64,000 nucleotides of DNA, from contig CAKOXI010000004.1 of NCBI GenBank assembly GCA_934130045.1, positions 32 through 64,031 of the forward strand, written 5' to 3'. This document shows, in pieces, positions 36,881-47,395 of the stretch; the stretch's first letter is position 1; each line of letters begins with the position of its first letter. The stretch comes from an uncultured Bacilli bacterium (GTDB taxonomy: Bacteria > Bacillota_I > Bacilli_A > RF39 > UBA660). The position numbers and the translations under genes are program-made. The notes beneath the pieces were generated by a model. That model ran no database searches. It had not been told where the DNA came from and was given only the letters and a program-made list of their open reading frames with translations.

Positions 36881-37011
36881 CTTTATATGATGTAAAAAAT
36901 ATGTCGAATAAATTGTATTTATTGTCAGAAAATAGGGACAAAATGCTTATTTTTTGATATAATTACTATAGAGTTAATATTTGATTAGTTATTTGAAGTG
37001 GTGGTTTTTTT

Positions 37012-37638
37012 ATGACAAAAAGGTATAACTATATAATGGACTTAATTATTTCGATTGTTTCATTAATAGGATTAATTTTAAATTTTAATTTGTTTAAAAG
37101 TCCTGTTGGAATTTTATATTATACAATATTTAGTAATATGTTATGCTTTATATTCTATTTTACTGTTTTAGTATTAAAAATAACTGGAATTTTTAAAACA
37201 AATAGACTTTTTATTAAAATGAAGGGGCTAGTTTTAGTTTCATTAATATGTACTTTTTTAATTTATAATTTTTTTATGGTACCAACAGGACAGGTATCTG
37301 CATATGATGGTCATTTTATTGTATCTTGTTTTGTACACGTTTTTACACCAATATTGGTAGTATTAGATTGTATTATAAATGGTAAAAATAAAATGTTAGA
37401 ATACACTTATATTCTAGATTGGTTAATAGCAATTATAATATATGGAGTGATAGTTATTATATATCAGCATTGTGGAGGATTTTTTATCGATGGATTAAAT
37501 TATCCATATTTTAATTTTAATATTGATGATTATGGGTACTTATTATGTATATTTTTTAATTTTTTAATACTTGTTTTATATAGTTTTATTTGCTTAATAG
37601 TTATTTTAATAAACAGAAAAAATATTACTAATAGATAG
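37012..37638 (+). CDS. integral membrane protein (Pr6Pr/FAR-17a-like?)
   Basis: Six hydrophobic helices. FVHVFTPILVVLD resembles the Pr6Pr family histidine-proline segment. Family assignment is weak. Confidence 0.45.
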   Translation: MTKRYNYIMDLIISIVSLIGLILNFNLFKSPVGILYYTIFSNMLCFIFYFTVLVLKITGIFKTNRLFIKMKGLVLVSLICTFLIYNFFMVPTGQVSAYDGHFIVSCFVHVFTPILVVLDCIINGKNKMLEYTYILDWLIAIIIYGVIVIIYQHCGGFFIDGLNYPYFNFNIDDYGYLLCIFFNFLILVLYSFICLIVILINRKNITNR

Positions 37639-37650
37639 GAGGTATATTGT

Positions 37651-39396
37651 ATGAGAGAATATGAAAATACAAATTTAAAAATTTATGATTATATGAAAAA
37701 AGATAATGAATTATTTAAAAATAGTAAGGCACTTACTTACTATGGGAGGCAAATAGTTTATAATGAATTTTTGGATGCCATTGAAAAAGTAGCAGTTTCA
37801 TTTAAAATGCTTGGTGTTGAAAAGGGTGATTATGTACCTATATGTTTACCAAATATTCCACAAGGTGTAATATCTTTTTATGCTTTAAATAAAATAGGCG
37901 CAATACCAAATATGATACCTGTACTTGCAAGTGAAGAGGAATTTAAACATTATCTATCAGAAGTCCCTGCAAAAAATTTTATAATGTTTAGAGATTTTTA
38001 TTCTAAAGTTAAGAATGTTATTCCTAAAACATCAATTCAAAGAACTATTATTGCTTCTCCAACAACATATATTCCAACTGAAGCTATAAAACAAATGGCT
38101 AGTATGAAAGCTATAGCTAGTTCTTGTTATTTTGACGCTCAAACAAAATTTTCTTTTAGAAATAAATTAATGTCTTGGGATAAATTTATGAAATTATCAA
38201 ATGGCGAGATGTATATTCCAACAGAAAGTTTTAATTTTAATGATACCGCATTATTATCTCATACAGGTGGAACAACCGGTGTTCCAAAATCAGCTGAATT
38301 TACAAATGAAAATTTTAATGCTATGGTCGAACAATATCGTACATTAACAAATCTGTTTGAAAGAGGAGATAAGATTTTAACGGTGCTTCCGATGTTTATA
38401 AATTATGGATTATGTAATAATATTCATATGCCATTAAGTTTTGGAATTGAAACGATTATTGTTCCAACTTTTGATCCGAAGGAAGCATTTGATTTGTTTT
38501 TTAAATATAAACCAAATCATTTTATGTGTGTTGCTCATTATTTTGAATATATGATGAATGATGAAAGGTTCAATGGAATGAATTTATCATTTGTTAAAAC
38601 TATTACTTATGGTGGGGCACCTTTGAGTCCAAAATCAAAAAAAATGTTTGATGATTTTTTGGATAGTCATGGCGCAATTGGTGTTAAAATTTTAAATGGA
38701 TATGGTATGACTGAAAGTACATCAAGTGTTGCATATGAACAAAAGGCCACTAATTCTGACGATTATAAATTGTTTGAATTACCATATAGTAATATAAAAA
38801 TAGTTAATCCTGAAACTAAAATTGAAGTTAAAACAGGTGAAGTTGGTGAATTATGTGCGGAAGGACCTGTAATTTTTAAAGGATATTTGAACAATGAAGC
38901 TGAAACTAAAAATGTTTTAAAAGTACATAGTGATGGTAAAATTTGGTTACACTCTGGGGATTTAGCACGAATGAATGATGATAGATCTATAGATATAGTT
39001 GGAAGATTAAAAAGAATTTATCCAACAATGGATATAACAAATGGAAATGTTGCCAAAATTTTTCCAGATAATATTGAAAATGTCATTAAAACATGTGAAT
39101 GTGTTAAGGAATGTGCAATAGATTGTAAACCAAATAAGGAAAGAGTAAATGTTCCATTCGCTTTTATAGTTTTAAAGAGTGGATATTCTAGGGAAGAATC
39201 TTTAGAAATGATAAAAGAAAAATGTTTAGAGTTGAATGTATATTCTAGACCTTACAATTTTATTTTTTTAAATGAATTAAATAAAACAGCAGGAGGAAAA
39301 GTAGATTATAAAGCAATTATAAAAATGATACCAGATAATTATACTAATTCAATAGAGGAAATTATCTATGTTAAAAATAATAGAAAGGTAAGATAG
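37651..39396 (+). CDS. AMP-dependent synthetase/ligase (acyl-CoA synthetase-like adenylate-forming enzyme)
   Basis: AMP-binding motif LSHTGGTTGVPK, GYGMTE, and a GDLARMNDDRSIDIVGRLK hinge. AGGAGG RBS. Confidence 0.85.
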   Translation: MREYENTNLKIYDYMKKDNELFKNSKALTYYGRQIVYNEFLDAIEKVAVSFKMLGVEKGDYVPICLPNIPQGVISFYALNKIGAIPNMIPVLASEEEFKHYLSEVPAKNFIMFRDFYSKVKNVIPKTSIQRTIIASPTTYIPTEAIKQMASMKAIASSCYFDAQTKFSFRNKLMSWDKFMKLSNGEMYIPTESFNFNDTALLSHTGGTTGVPKSAEFTNENFNAMVEQYRTLTNLFERGDKILTVLPMFINYGLCNNIHMPLSFGIETIIVPTFDPKEAFDLFFKYKPNHFMCVAHYFEYMMNDERFNGMNLSFVKTITYGGAPLSPKSKKMFDDFLDSHGAIGVKILNGYGMTESTSSVAYEQKATNSDDYKLFELPYSNIKIVNPETKIEVKTGEVGELCAEGPVIFKGYLNNEAETKNVLKVHSDGKIWLHSGDLARMNDDRSIDIVGRLKRIYPTMDITNGNVAKIFPDNIENVIKTCECVKECAIDCKPNKERVNVPFAFIVLKSGYSREESLEMIKEKCLELNVYSRPYNFIFLNELNKTAGGKVDYKAIIKMIPDNYTNSIEEIIYVKNNRKVR

Positions 39397-39398
39397 AT

Positions 39399-41366
39399 AT
39401 GAATGGAAGTTTTTTTTGTCAATTAATAAGTTTGGTATATATGATTTCAATATTTATTTTATTTATTTCTAAAAAGAAAATAGATTCAATTGAAAACAAA
39501 TTATTTAAAATAATAATAGTTGCTAATATTCTAGGATTGGTTGTTGAAATTACATGTTTTTTATTAGGTTATTATAATATTGAAAATATTATATTATGCC
39601 AAACTATGGTTAAGTTATACCTAATTTATCTTGTATCTTTTGTAATGATATTTACGGTATATTTACTTTATATTTCTTCAAAGACAAAAAATATAAAGAA
39701 TGGTCAAAAAAATTTAAATATTATCTACTATGTTTTTAGTGTTTTATTATTAATATTTTTGCCAATTAATTTAGTTAATAAAAATGGAACTATTTATGCT
39801 AATGGTTTAGCTGTAAATGCTTCATATATTTTAATAACTGTATATATTGTTATATGGTATGTTGTATTGTTAAAAAATTTTAAAACGTTAAAACATAAAA
39901 AATATTTACCACTTTTTATGTTTCTAATAATTGGAACTATAGTTATGATTATTCAAAAATTACATCCAGAGTTATTGTTGATGACTTCTATGGAATCATT
40001 TATTGTGTTTTTAATGTATCACACAATAGAAAACCCAGATATGAAAATGTTAAATGAAATGACATTAGCTCGTAATCAAGCAGAAAAAGCAAATAGAGCA
40101 AAAAGTGATTTTTTAAGCAGTATGAGTCATGAAATAAGAACACCACTTAATGCTATAGTAGGATTATCAGAAGATATAGTAACATATAAAGACAAAGTAC
40201 CAAAAGAAGTAGTAGAAGATTCAGAAGATATATTAAATGCATCACATACATTACTAGAAATAGTAGGTAATATTCTAGATATAAATAAGATAGAATCAGA
40301 TAAAATGGAAATAGTAGAAAGTCCATATAATTTTAAAGAGACATTAATAAATATGTGTAGAGTAACAACAACACGTATAGGAGAAAAACCAATAGATTTT
40401 AAATTAAATATAGCGGAAGATATACCATATGAACTTATAGGAGATAAAGTACACGTAAAAGAAATAATAAATAATATTTTAACGAATGCGATAAAATATA
40501 CTGAAAAAGGAGAAATAAGTTTAACAGTAAAATGTGTAAATGATTTAGAAAAAAATAAAACAAATTTAATAATAAGTTGTAAAGATACTGGGCGTGGAAT
40601 AAAAGCAGAAAATATAAGTAAATTATTTACAAAATTTGAAAGATTAGATATAGAAAAAAATACAACAACAGAAGGAACAGGATTAGGACTAGCTATAACA
40701 AAATCATTAGTAGATATGATGGGAGGAACAATTAATGTTCAAAGTCAATTTGGAACAGGATCAATATTTGTAATTAACCTACCACAAAAAATAAGCAAAA
40801 TATCTTCTCCACTTAGTGAAGAAGAATTAATGAACACAGCTTCTTCTTTATATCAGAATAAAATAGATAATATTAAGTTAGAAAAACAAGAACAAAATTA
40901 TGGACATAAAAAAATATTAATAGTAGATGACAATAAATTAAATATAAAAGTAGCAAAAAGAGCATTACAAGATTTTGATTTTGAAATAGATGAAGCAATA
41001 GATGGAATAGACTGTTTAGAAAAAAATAAAACAAAAAAATATGATTTAATATTAATGGATATAATGATGCCAAATATGAGTGGAGAAACAGCATTATTAA
41101 AATTAAAAGAAAATATTAATTTCAAAACTCCAGTAATAGCTTTAACAGCCGATGCAGTAACAGGCGCAAAAGAAAAATATATAAGTGAAGGATTTGTAGA
41201 TTATATAGCAAAACCATTTAATAGAGAACAAATAAAAATAAAATTAGATAAACTATTTAAAAAAAATAATGAATCATTATTTAGTAATGAAATACCAAAA
41301 GAATTATTAGATATGAGTAAACTACCAAGTGAAATAGATTTAAGTTCATTAACTGAAAATAAATAA
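39399..41366 (+). CDS. hybrid sensor histidine kinase/response regulator with polytopic N-terminal sensor domain
   Basis: Six to seven TM helices. H-box SHEIRTPLN. N, G1 and G2 boxes (NAIKYT, DTGRGI, GTGLGLAI). C-terminal REC domain (ILIVDDNKLN...DLILMDIMMP...ALTADA...KP). Confidence 0.9.
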   Translation: MNGSFFCQLISLVYMISIFILFISKKKIDSIENKLFKIIIVANILGLVVEITCFLLGYYNIENIILCQTMVKLYLIYLVSFVMIFTVYLLYISSKTKNIKNGQKNLNIIYYVFSVLLLIFLPINLVNKNGTIYANGLAVNASYILITVYIVIWYVVLLKNFKTLKHKKYLPLFMFLIIGTIVMIIQKLHPELLLMTSMESFIVFLMYHTIENPDMKMLNEMTLARNQAEKANRAKSDFLSSMSHEIRTPLNAIVGLSEDIVTYKDKVPKEVVEDSEDILNASHTLLEIVGNILDINKIESDKMEIVESPYNFKETLINMCRVTTTRIGEKPIDFKLNIAEDIPYELIGDKVHVKEIINNILTNAIKYTEKGEISLTVKCVNDLEKNKTNLIISCKDTGRGIKAENISKLFTKFERLDIEKNTTTEGTGLGLAITKSLVDMMGGTINVQSQFGTGSIFVINLPQKISKISSPLSEEELMNTASSLYQNKIDNIKLEKQEQNYGHKKILIVDDNKLNIKVAKRALQDFDFEIDEAIDGIDCLEKNKTKKYDLILMDIMMPNMSGETALLKLKENINFKTPVIALTADAVTGAKEKYISEGFVDYIAKPFNREQIKIKLDKLFKKNNESLFSNEIPKELLDMSKLPSEIDLSSLTENK

Positions 41367-41491
41367 TTTATACATATTGATATATTAGTTTATGATAAGA
41401 TAAAAAATTAAAAATTTTATTAAAGTTAAATTCTATATTTTTGATTTTTAAGCTATAGATAATTAGTTTTTAGGTATTTAATATAAATTTT

Positions 41492-41515
41492 AAAGAGACA
41501 AGTTCTCTTTTTTTT
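41492..41515 (+). terminator. rho-independent terminator
   Basis: AAAGAGA-caagt-TCTCTTT hairpin plus TTTTT. Confidence 0.55.
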
Positions 41516-41643
41516 GACAAATATTGACATATGTTTACGTTAACAACTTGAAAAGAATATTTATTATAGTATAATGAACATAGTACAAGGGTACAGATAT
41601 GATTAAAATATATAATCTATTAAGTTGTGTTTTGGAGGTTTTT

Positions 41644-42084
41644 ATGAATGTAGAGTTTAAAATTGCAAAATTTGATGATATTGAAGAAATCATTAATTTA
41701 TGCAATGAATGTTTTAATGAAAATACGGATTTATCTTATGCAAAAAGAATTTATAAAGAAAATGAGAATGATAAAAATCAAATTTATTTGATTGGTGTTC
41801 TAAATAATGAAATTGTAGCTCATGCTAAAATAAATATAATTCCAACAATCTATGAAGATATGAATACCTATGCAATATTAAATCATGTTTGTGTTAAGCC
41901 AAGTTTAAGACGTGAACATATTGGTACAAAATTATTGGAGGAATGTTTTAAAATTGCCAAAGATTGTAATTGCAAATGTGTTGAGTTATGGTCAAAAAAT
42001 TTTAGAAAAGCTGCTCACGGTTTATATCATAGTTATGGATTTGAAGTTATGGATGCAAAATTTTTTACAAGGAATGTAGATTAG
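41644..42084 (+). CDS. GNAT family N-acetyltransferase
   Basis: Start revised to the ATG at 41644 (GGAGG RBS). Acetyl-CoA motif region VCVKPSLRREHIGTKLLEE and C-terminal YHSYGF. Confidence 0.8.
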   Translation: MNVEFKIAKFDDIEEIINLCNECFNENTDLSYAKRIYKENENDKNQIYLIGVLNNEIVAHAKINIIPTIYEDMNTYAILNHVCVKPSLRREHIGTKLLEECFKIAKDCNCKCVELWSKNFRKAAHGLYHSYGFEVMDAKFFTRNVD

Positions 42085-42095
42085 GAGGTTTTTAA

Positions 42096-43277
42096 ATGAA
42101 AATTAGTAATGTTTATATAGGTGGTTGGTTTCAAAGAACTATGCTACAATTATCTGAAATTTATGATTTTTTAAGAGAATGTAAATCTGAATTAAAATTG
42201 GATCAAGAAACACTAAATGAACATAGAAAAAATCTATCTATAGGAAGTATTGAATATGGTGTTTCTGGCGAGGAATTTATAAAATTTACAACAGGTGTTG
42301 GTATTAGTGTAAAAATATTTGAAGATGGGTTAATTATTTTAAATAATAAAAATGTTTCTGAAGATACATTATTTTCAGATATAGATAAGGTACAGGGTTA
42401 TTATGAAAATAATTTATCACCTGCATTAAACTACCTATTTAGTTTAGGTGCACCAGTTCCAAAAGAATTGGCAAGTATAGTTAGTGTATATCCATATTTT
42501 ATAGTATGTGATAATGCAGACCAAAATCAAATACAAGATTTGCTTGTAAAGACTGAAAAACAAAAGTATTTTGAATTTAAAAATGATAAATATAATGTTA
42601 TTCGTGGTGATAAATATTATTTTATTAATAATAAATCACAATCTAATGATAAAATTGAAAGATACATTGAAGAACAAATTTTTATTCGTGAATTTAAAGG
42701 ACAATTACATAGATACTTAAATATTCATAGAATTATTTGGGAAAAAATTGATGAAGTAAAGGAAAACTCTAAAGTAAAGGGTTCTGATATAATTAAATTT
42801 ACTACAAAATTGGAAGGATACGCTAAAACAATTAACTTAATAGATGGAAGAATTAAACAGATGAGTACTTATATTCCAACAAGAGAAAAAATTGCAAAAA
42901 GTGATGTAGAATTATCTGAATTTTTAGAGATTTCTGGATATAGGTATGAAACTTTAAGGGATACTCTTTCATATATACAATATTTATGGGGAATGACTCA
43001 AAATTATGTTTCAGCAGCTCAAAAACAGTTTGCAAGTATAAAGTCAGATGTTACAAGTAAATCTGTTAATAGTTTAACTATAGTAACTTCAATGAGTGCT
43101 GGTGCTGCCATACTTGGATTATTCCAAGAATCTAAACCTGAATTCTCATTATTTGGTGTTATTTATTTCTTTATATTGGCAGTTATCGGTTGGGGATCTC
43201 AAAAAGTATTAAGCTGTATTTCTAATAAACAAAAATATGATGTATCAGATGTAGAATATGAAAAGAATATAAAATAA
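42096..43277 (+). CDS. hypothetical protein with CorA-like topology (large cytoplasmic domain, coiled coil, two C-terminal TM helices)
   Basis: AGGAGG RBS. 393 aa. C-terminal LTIVTSMSAGAAILGLF and FGVIYFFILAVIGWG helices. No GMN motif. Confidence 0.5.
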   Translation: MKISNVYIGGWFQRTMLQLSEIYDFLRECKSELKLDQETLNEHRKNLSIGSIEYGVSGEEFIKFTTGVGISVKIFEDGLIILNNKNVSEDTLFSDIDKVQGYYENNLSPALNYLFSLGAPVPKELASIVSVYPYFIVCDNADQNQIQDLLVKTEKQKYFEFKNDKYNVIRGDKYYFINNKSQSNDKIERYIEEQIFIREFKGQLHRYLNIHRIIWEKIDEVKENSKVKGSDIIKFTTKLEGYAKTINLIDGRIKQMSTYIPTREKIAKSDVELSEFLEISGYRYETLRDTLSYIQYLWGMTQNYVSAAQKQFASIKSDVTSKSVNSLTIVTSMSAGAAILGLFQESKPEFSLFGVIYFFILAVIGWGSQKVLSCISNKQKYDVSDVEYEKNIK

Positions 43278-43278
43278 A

Positions 43279-45024
43279 ATGAAGAGATATTTTGAAACAG
43301 TAAAAACTTTAACAAAAATTGCTAATGGTAAATCATTATACGTTATTCAGATGTTTGCTAGTTGTTGTTTATATAATTTATCTAGCTTGTTACCACCTAT
43401 AGCAACATCTGGAATAATTGCAATGATATCTAATAATAATTTTAATGGTATTTGGTATTATGTATTTTTGTATATATTATTTTACATAATTTATTTTACT
43501 TCCCTAAATTGGAATTATTATACTTATACAGTGCTTGCTAATTATTACCATTTGGAAGTTCAAAAGATGTTATTTGAACATGTTGCAAACAACGATTCAA
43601 TTTTTAATAAAATTTCTAAGGGAAAAATTGTTGATACTACCAGTGATGATATAAGATATTTAGTAGATGTTATGGATTCTGCTTCAGAAGCACTTATGGG
43701 CTTTTTACAATTGGTTGTTATTTTTGTAATCTTTAGTTATTATAATATAATAGTTGCTTTAATAGCGTTATTGATTGATTTAGTTTATTTAATATTAATG
43801 AATAATAATGCAAAAAATGTTTCTAGGTATTATGAAGGTACTAGAAAGTATGAAGATAAAATTATTGATACATTAAATCAAATGTTGATAAATTTAAAGC
43901 AAGTTAAATCATTAAATATGATGCCTAATTTAAACAAAAAACTAGATAAAACTAGACTTAAATGGACCCAAGAATATAAAGGAAAAAGAAAATCTTTAAC
44001 CAATAGATATTGTAAAATGCCTTATATTGTATATCTTGGTAAAATATCGTTATATATTTTACTTGCTTATTTGGTTTCTAGTGGAAAAATGACAATAGAT
44101 AAATTAGTATTATTGATAAGCTATTTTGAATTAACTATAACATGTACAGATTCAATGTTAACATATTTACTAGATTTAAGTAATTATGGGATAAGAGTTA
44201 AAAGAATTGAAAATATATTAAATTATACATCTCATAGTAGTATTGATTTTGGAGATATTAATAATGATTATATTAATGGTATGATTGTGTTTGATAAAGT
44301 GAACTATAAAGTAAAAAATAATCTAATATTAGATAATGTTTCTTTTAAAATATATCCAAATGAAATAACTGCTATTGTAGGACATAGTGGTAGTGGAAAA
44401 ACGACTGTTATTAATTTATTATATAGACTTGATAGAATAAAATCTGGTAGTATTTTAATTGATGATGAAAATATATATAATTATAATAAAAAAGTTTATT
44501 CTTCAAACGTATCAGGTGTTTTCCAAAAACCATTTATGTTTGAAATGAGTATAAAAGACAATTTATCTTTGATTGATAGTAATCATAAAAATCATATAGA
44601 AGCTTGTAAAAGAGTTGGAATACACGATTTTATAATGAGTTTACCAAAAGGGTATAATACAGTTATTAATTCTGATGAAAGAATTTTGTCTGATGGAGAA
44701 AAACAATTATTAGTAATCGCACGTGCATTATTAACAAAATCAGAAATATTATTGTTTGATGAGGTAACTAGTAATATAGATCCTAATTCGACTACTAAAA
44801 TTGGCGAATTATTAAAAGATTTAAAACAAGATCATACTATCGTTATGGTTACACATAAACCAGAAATGATGGAAATTGCTGATAGAGTAATTGTTCTTGA
44901 TAAAGGAAAAGTAATTTCTAAAGGAACAAATGAGGAAGTTTATAATAAAAGCGAATTATATAGGGAACTTAGAAACAGGACATTTGCTAGTATCAGTAAC
45001 AATGAAGATGAGGTTTTACTTTAA
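43279..45024 (+). CDS. ABC transporter, fused permease/ATP-binding protein (exporter type)
   Basis: One-nt gap from the upstream stop. TM domain plus NBD with Walker A GHSGSGKTT, degenerate signature LSDGEKQL, Walker B LLFDEVTSNID and VTHK. Confidence 0.85.
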   Translation: MKRYFETVKTLTKIANGKSLYVIQMFASCCLYNLSSLLPPIATSGIIAMISNNNFNGIWYYVFLYILFYIIYFTSLNWNYYTYTVLANYYHLEVQKMLFEHVANNDSIFNKISKGKIVDTTSDDIRYLVDVMDSASEALMGFLQLVVIFVIFSYYNIIVALIALLIDLVYLILMNNNAKNVSRYYEGTRKYEDKIIDTLNQMLINLKQVKSLNMMPNLNKKLDKTRLKWTQEYKGKRKSLTNRYCKMPYIVYLGKISLYILLAYLVSSGKMTIDKLVLLISYFELTITCTDSMLTYLLDLSNYGIRVKRIENILNYTSHSSIDFGDINNDYINGMIVFDKVNYKVKNNLILDNVSFKIYPNEITAIVGHSGSGKTTVINLLYRLDRIKSGSILIDDENIYNYNKKVYSSNVSGVFQKPFMFEMSIKDNLSLIDSNHKNHIEACKRVGIHDFIMSLPKGYNTVINSDERILSDGEKQLLVIARALLTKSEILLFDEVTSNIDPNSTTKIGELLKDLKQDHTIVMVTHKPEMMEIADRVIVLDKGKVISKGTNEEVYNKSELYRELRNRTFASISNNEDEVLL

Positions 45025-45119
45025 TTAATAATAAATATAAATAAAATATTAGTTTAAAGCACTTTCATTATTGTACTTACTAAATATAATATAGTGGGTA
45101 TGGTAATGGAGGTTTTTTT

Positions 45120-45965
45120 ATGATAAAAAATTATTCATATCAAAATGACAAAGATATGTTTTTAACACCACATTTTCAGGTATGGGAATTTAGAAGTTAT
45201 TCCGATAGTGAAAATAGACTTACAACAGATACAATATTGATTGATGAAAATTTACCTAATATATTAGAAAAAATTTACAATAAATTAGATTGTAGTATTA
45301 TTAAAGTAACATCTGGTTATAGAAGTGATGATTTTGATAGACAAATAGGTGGATTTTTGGGATATCATTCAAAAGGTATGGCCGCTGATATAATGTGTTA
45401 TGACAAAAATAATAACTTGATTGATCCAAAATTAGTATGTATTGCGGGAGAAGATTTGAATATTTTAGGTATTGGATATGGAAATAATTATAATCATATT
45501 GATACTAGAAGTACAAAATCATATTTTGATGAAACAAATGGAAAAACAGGAATAAATAGTTTTTATGAATATTTTGGTGTAAAAAAAGATACAACCTATA
45601 ACATTGGTGATTATGTAGAGATAAATGGTGTTTATATTTCTTCAACTGATGACAATATGCTTACTCCTTTAATAACTAAGGGTCAAATTACTAAAATTTT
45701 AGATGGTGTAAGAAACCCATATTTAATTAACGACGGTAATATAGGTTGGGTAAATGATGATTGCATCATAAAAAAGTATGAAAAACAAAGTATCAATGTT
45801 GGCGATAAAGTTAGAGTAAAAAGTGCTATCCAATATAATGGTGAACCATTTTATACTTATTATGATTTATATGATGTAATTGAGGTAAATGGTGATAGAG
45901 TAGTTATTGGTATTGATAATGTAGTTACATGCGCAATAAATATAAATAATATTGAAAAAATATAA
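45120..45965 (+). CDS. peptidase M15A-like (YcbK/D-Ala-D-Ala carboxypeptidase fold) cell-wall hydrolase with C-terminal SH3-like repeats
   Basis: FLTPHFQVWEFRS, TSGYRS, HSKGMAADI and HIDTR are Zn-ligand motifs. Two similar C-terminal segments (GDYVEING..., GDKVRVKS...). No signal peptide. Confidence 0.65.
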   Translation: MIKNYSYQNDKDMFLTPHFQVWEFRSYSDSENRLTTDTILIDENLPNILEKIYNKLDCSIIKVTSGYRSDDFDRQIGGFLGYHSKGMAADIMCYDKNNNLIDPKLVCIAGEDLNILGIGYGNNYNHIDTRSTKSYFDETNGKTGINSFYEYFGVKKDTTYNIGDYVEINGVYISSTDDNMLTPLITKGQITKILDGVRNPYLINDGNIGWVNDDCIIKKYEKQSINVGDKVRVKSAIQYNGEPFYTYYDLYDVIEVNGDRVVIGIDNVVTCAININNIEKI

Positions 45966-45977
45966 AATATAAAATAT

Positions 45978-46007
45978 AAAATATACACTTTATAAAGTGT
46001 ATATTTT
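45978..46007. terminator. bidirectional terminator (30-nt perfect palindrome)
   Basis: AAAATATACACTTTA/TAAAGTGTATATTTT lies between convergent genes. Confidence 0.65.
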
Positions 46008-46428
46008 ATATTGGGACCAAAAAGTCAAATAGTTTAATATTTCTTAATATTCCAAAAATAATGGTAATTATTAATAAAAAATTCCAAAATTTATAATTAA
46101 AAAATTTTATTTCTTTATTGTTAAAATTTATCCAATTTATAATTCTAAGTAAAAGATAAATTAATATAAATGGTAAAAACAATGTAACTAACAAATTATA
46201 ATGTAATGCCTCTTTAAATTTAAATCTTATTAGTGAAAAAACTGCTCTAGTTATACCACAGCCAGGACAATACAATTTTGTTAAAGTATAAAATATACAC
46301 CTAATACCTATATGATATATAGAATATATTTTATAATATATAAATAATAAAATATATATTGCTATAATGGTAAATATAATAAAAGCAATTCTTTTTTTTC
46401 GATTGTTTAAAAATTTATCTAGTTGCAT
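46006..46428 (-). CDS. DUF2752 domain membrane protein
   Basis: CPGCGITRA motif after the first TM helix. 140 aa. Confidence 0.75.
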   Translation of the reverse strand: MQLDKFLNNRKKRIAFIIFTIIAIYILLFIYYKIYSIYHIGIRCIFYTLTKLYCPGCGITRAVFSLIRFKFKEALHYNLLVTLFLPFILIYLLLRIINWINFNNKEIKFFNYKFWNFLLIITIIFGILRNIKLFDFLVPI

Positions 46429-46798
46429 TTAAATAAACAAAAAGAATTCTAAGTATAATTGAGATTACAAGTAAAACAATTCCTATAATTATAAGGGTAT
46501 TCATTATTTTTTTTGTCTTCTTTGCTTCTTCTAACAAATTATTAGCTAATTGTTTTTTATATGTTATTTCATTTAAAATGATTACACCAATACCAAATGG
46601 GATTGATCCGAAAAAAGCAAGTAAAACACCAATAATTAAATATTTTTGTGAGTCATTATTAATTATATTATTATTAGAATAAGTTGAATTGTTATTAATA
46701 TTAGTGTTATTAACATCATTATCATTTATTTTTTTACCACAATAACAGCAAAATTTACTATCGTGTGCTATTAGGGCATTGCAATTTGGACAATACAT
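46415..46798 (-). CDS. zinc-ribbon membrane protein (CD225/dispanin-like C-terminus?)
   Basis: N-terminal MYCPNCNALIAHDSKFCCYCGKKI zinc ribbon, an N-rich linker, and two TM helices. Overlaps the downstream DUF2752 gene by 14 nt. Confidence 0.6.
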   Translation of the reverse strand: MYCPNCNALIAHDSKFCCYCGKKINDNDVNNTNINNNSTYSNNNIINNDSQKYLIIGVLLAFFGSIPFGIGVIILNEITYKKQLANNLLEEAKKTKKIMNTLIIIGIVLLVISIILRILFVYLNATR

Positions 46799-46956
46799 AC
46801 TATCACTTCCTAGAAGAATTATAACATATTAATATTTTATATTCAATTAAAAGTAGTCTTTATTGAATTAATTTAAAAAACACATATGAAATGCATATAT
46901 TATATTGTATAAAATATATTACTATGTTATTATTATATTAGAGAGGAGTGTAGTTT

Positions 46957-47307
46957 ATGATTAAAGAGAGAAATATTGCTATGTGTGTAATTTTATCTAT
47001 CGTTACATTTGGAATTTATGGACTAGTTTGGTTTTTTAATATGAATAGTGATGCTAGAACAGTTAGTGGCGACAATAGTATTTCTGGTGGTAAAGCAATT
47101 TTATTTTCTTTGTTAACTTGTGGTCTTTATATGATTTATTGGAATTACAAAATGGGTAAAACTATATATCAAGCAGAAGTTAATAAGGGAATGCAAAACT
47201 GTTCAGATAACTCAACTTTATATTTAGTCCTTAGTATTTTTGGATTAGCTATTGTAAGTGAATGTTTAATTCAAAATGAATTAAATAAATTTGCAACAGT
47301 ACAATAA
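46957..47307 (+). CDS. DUF4234 domain membrane protein
   Basis: RNIAMCVILSIVTFGIYGLVWFF and LTCGLYMIYWNYKMG are typical DUF4234 repeats. Confidence 0.65.
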   Translation: MIKERNIAMCVILSIVTFGIYGLVWFFNMNSDARTVSGDNSISGGKAILFSLLTCGLYMIYWNYKMGKTIYQAEVNKGMQNCSDNSTLYLVLSIFGLAIVSECLIQNELNKFATVQ

Positions 47308-47395
47308 TTTATTTGTTCTACAAAACAACATTAATTTGTTGTTTTTATTATAAAAAAATAAAATTATAGTGTATAATATTAAAAGAGGTGTTTTT

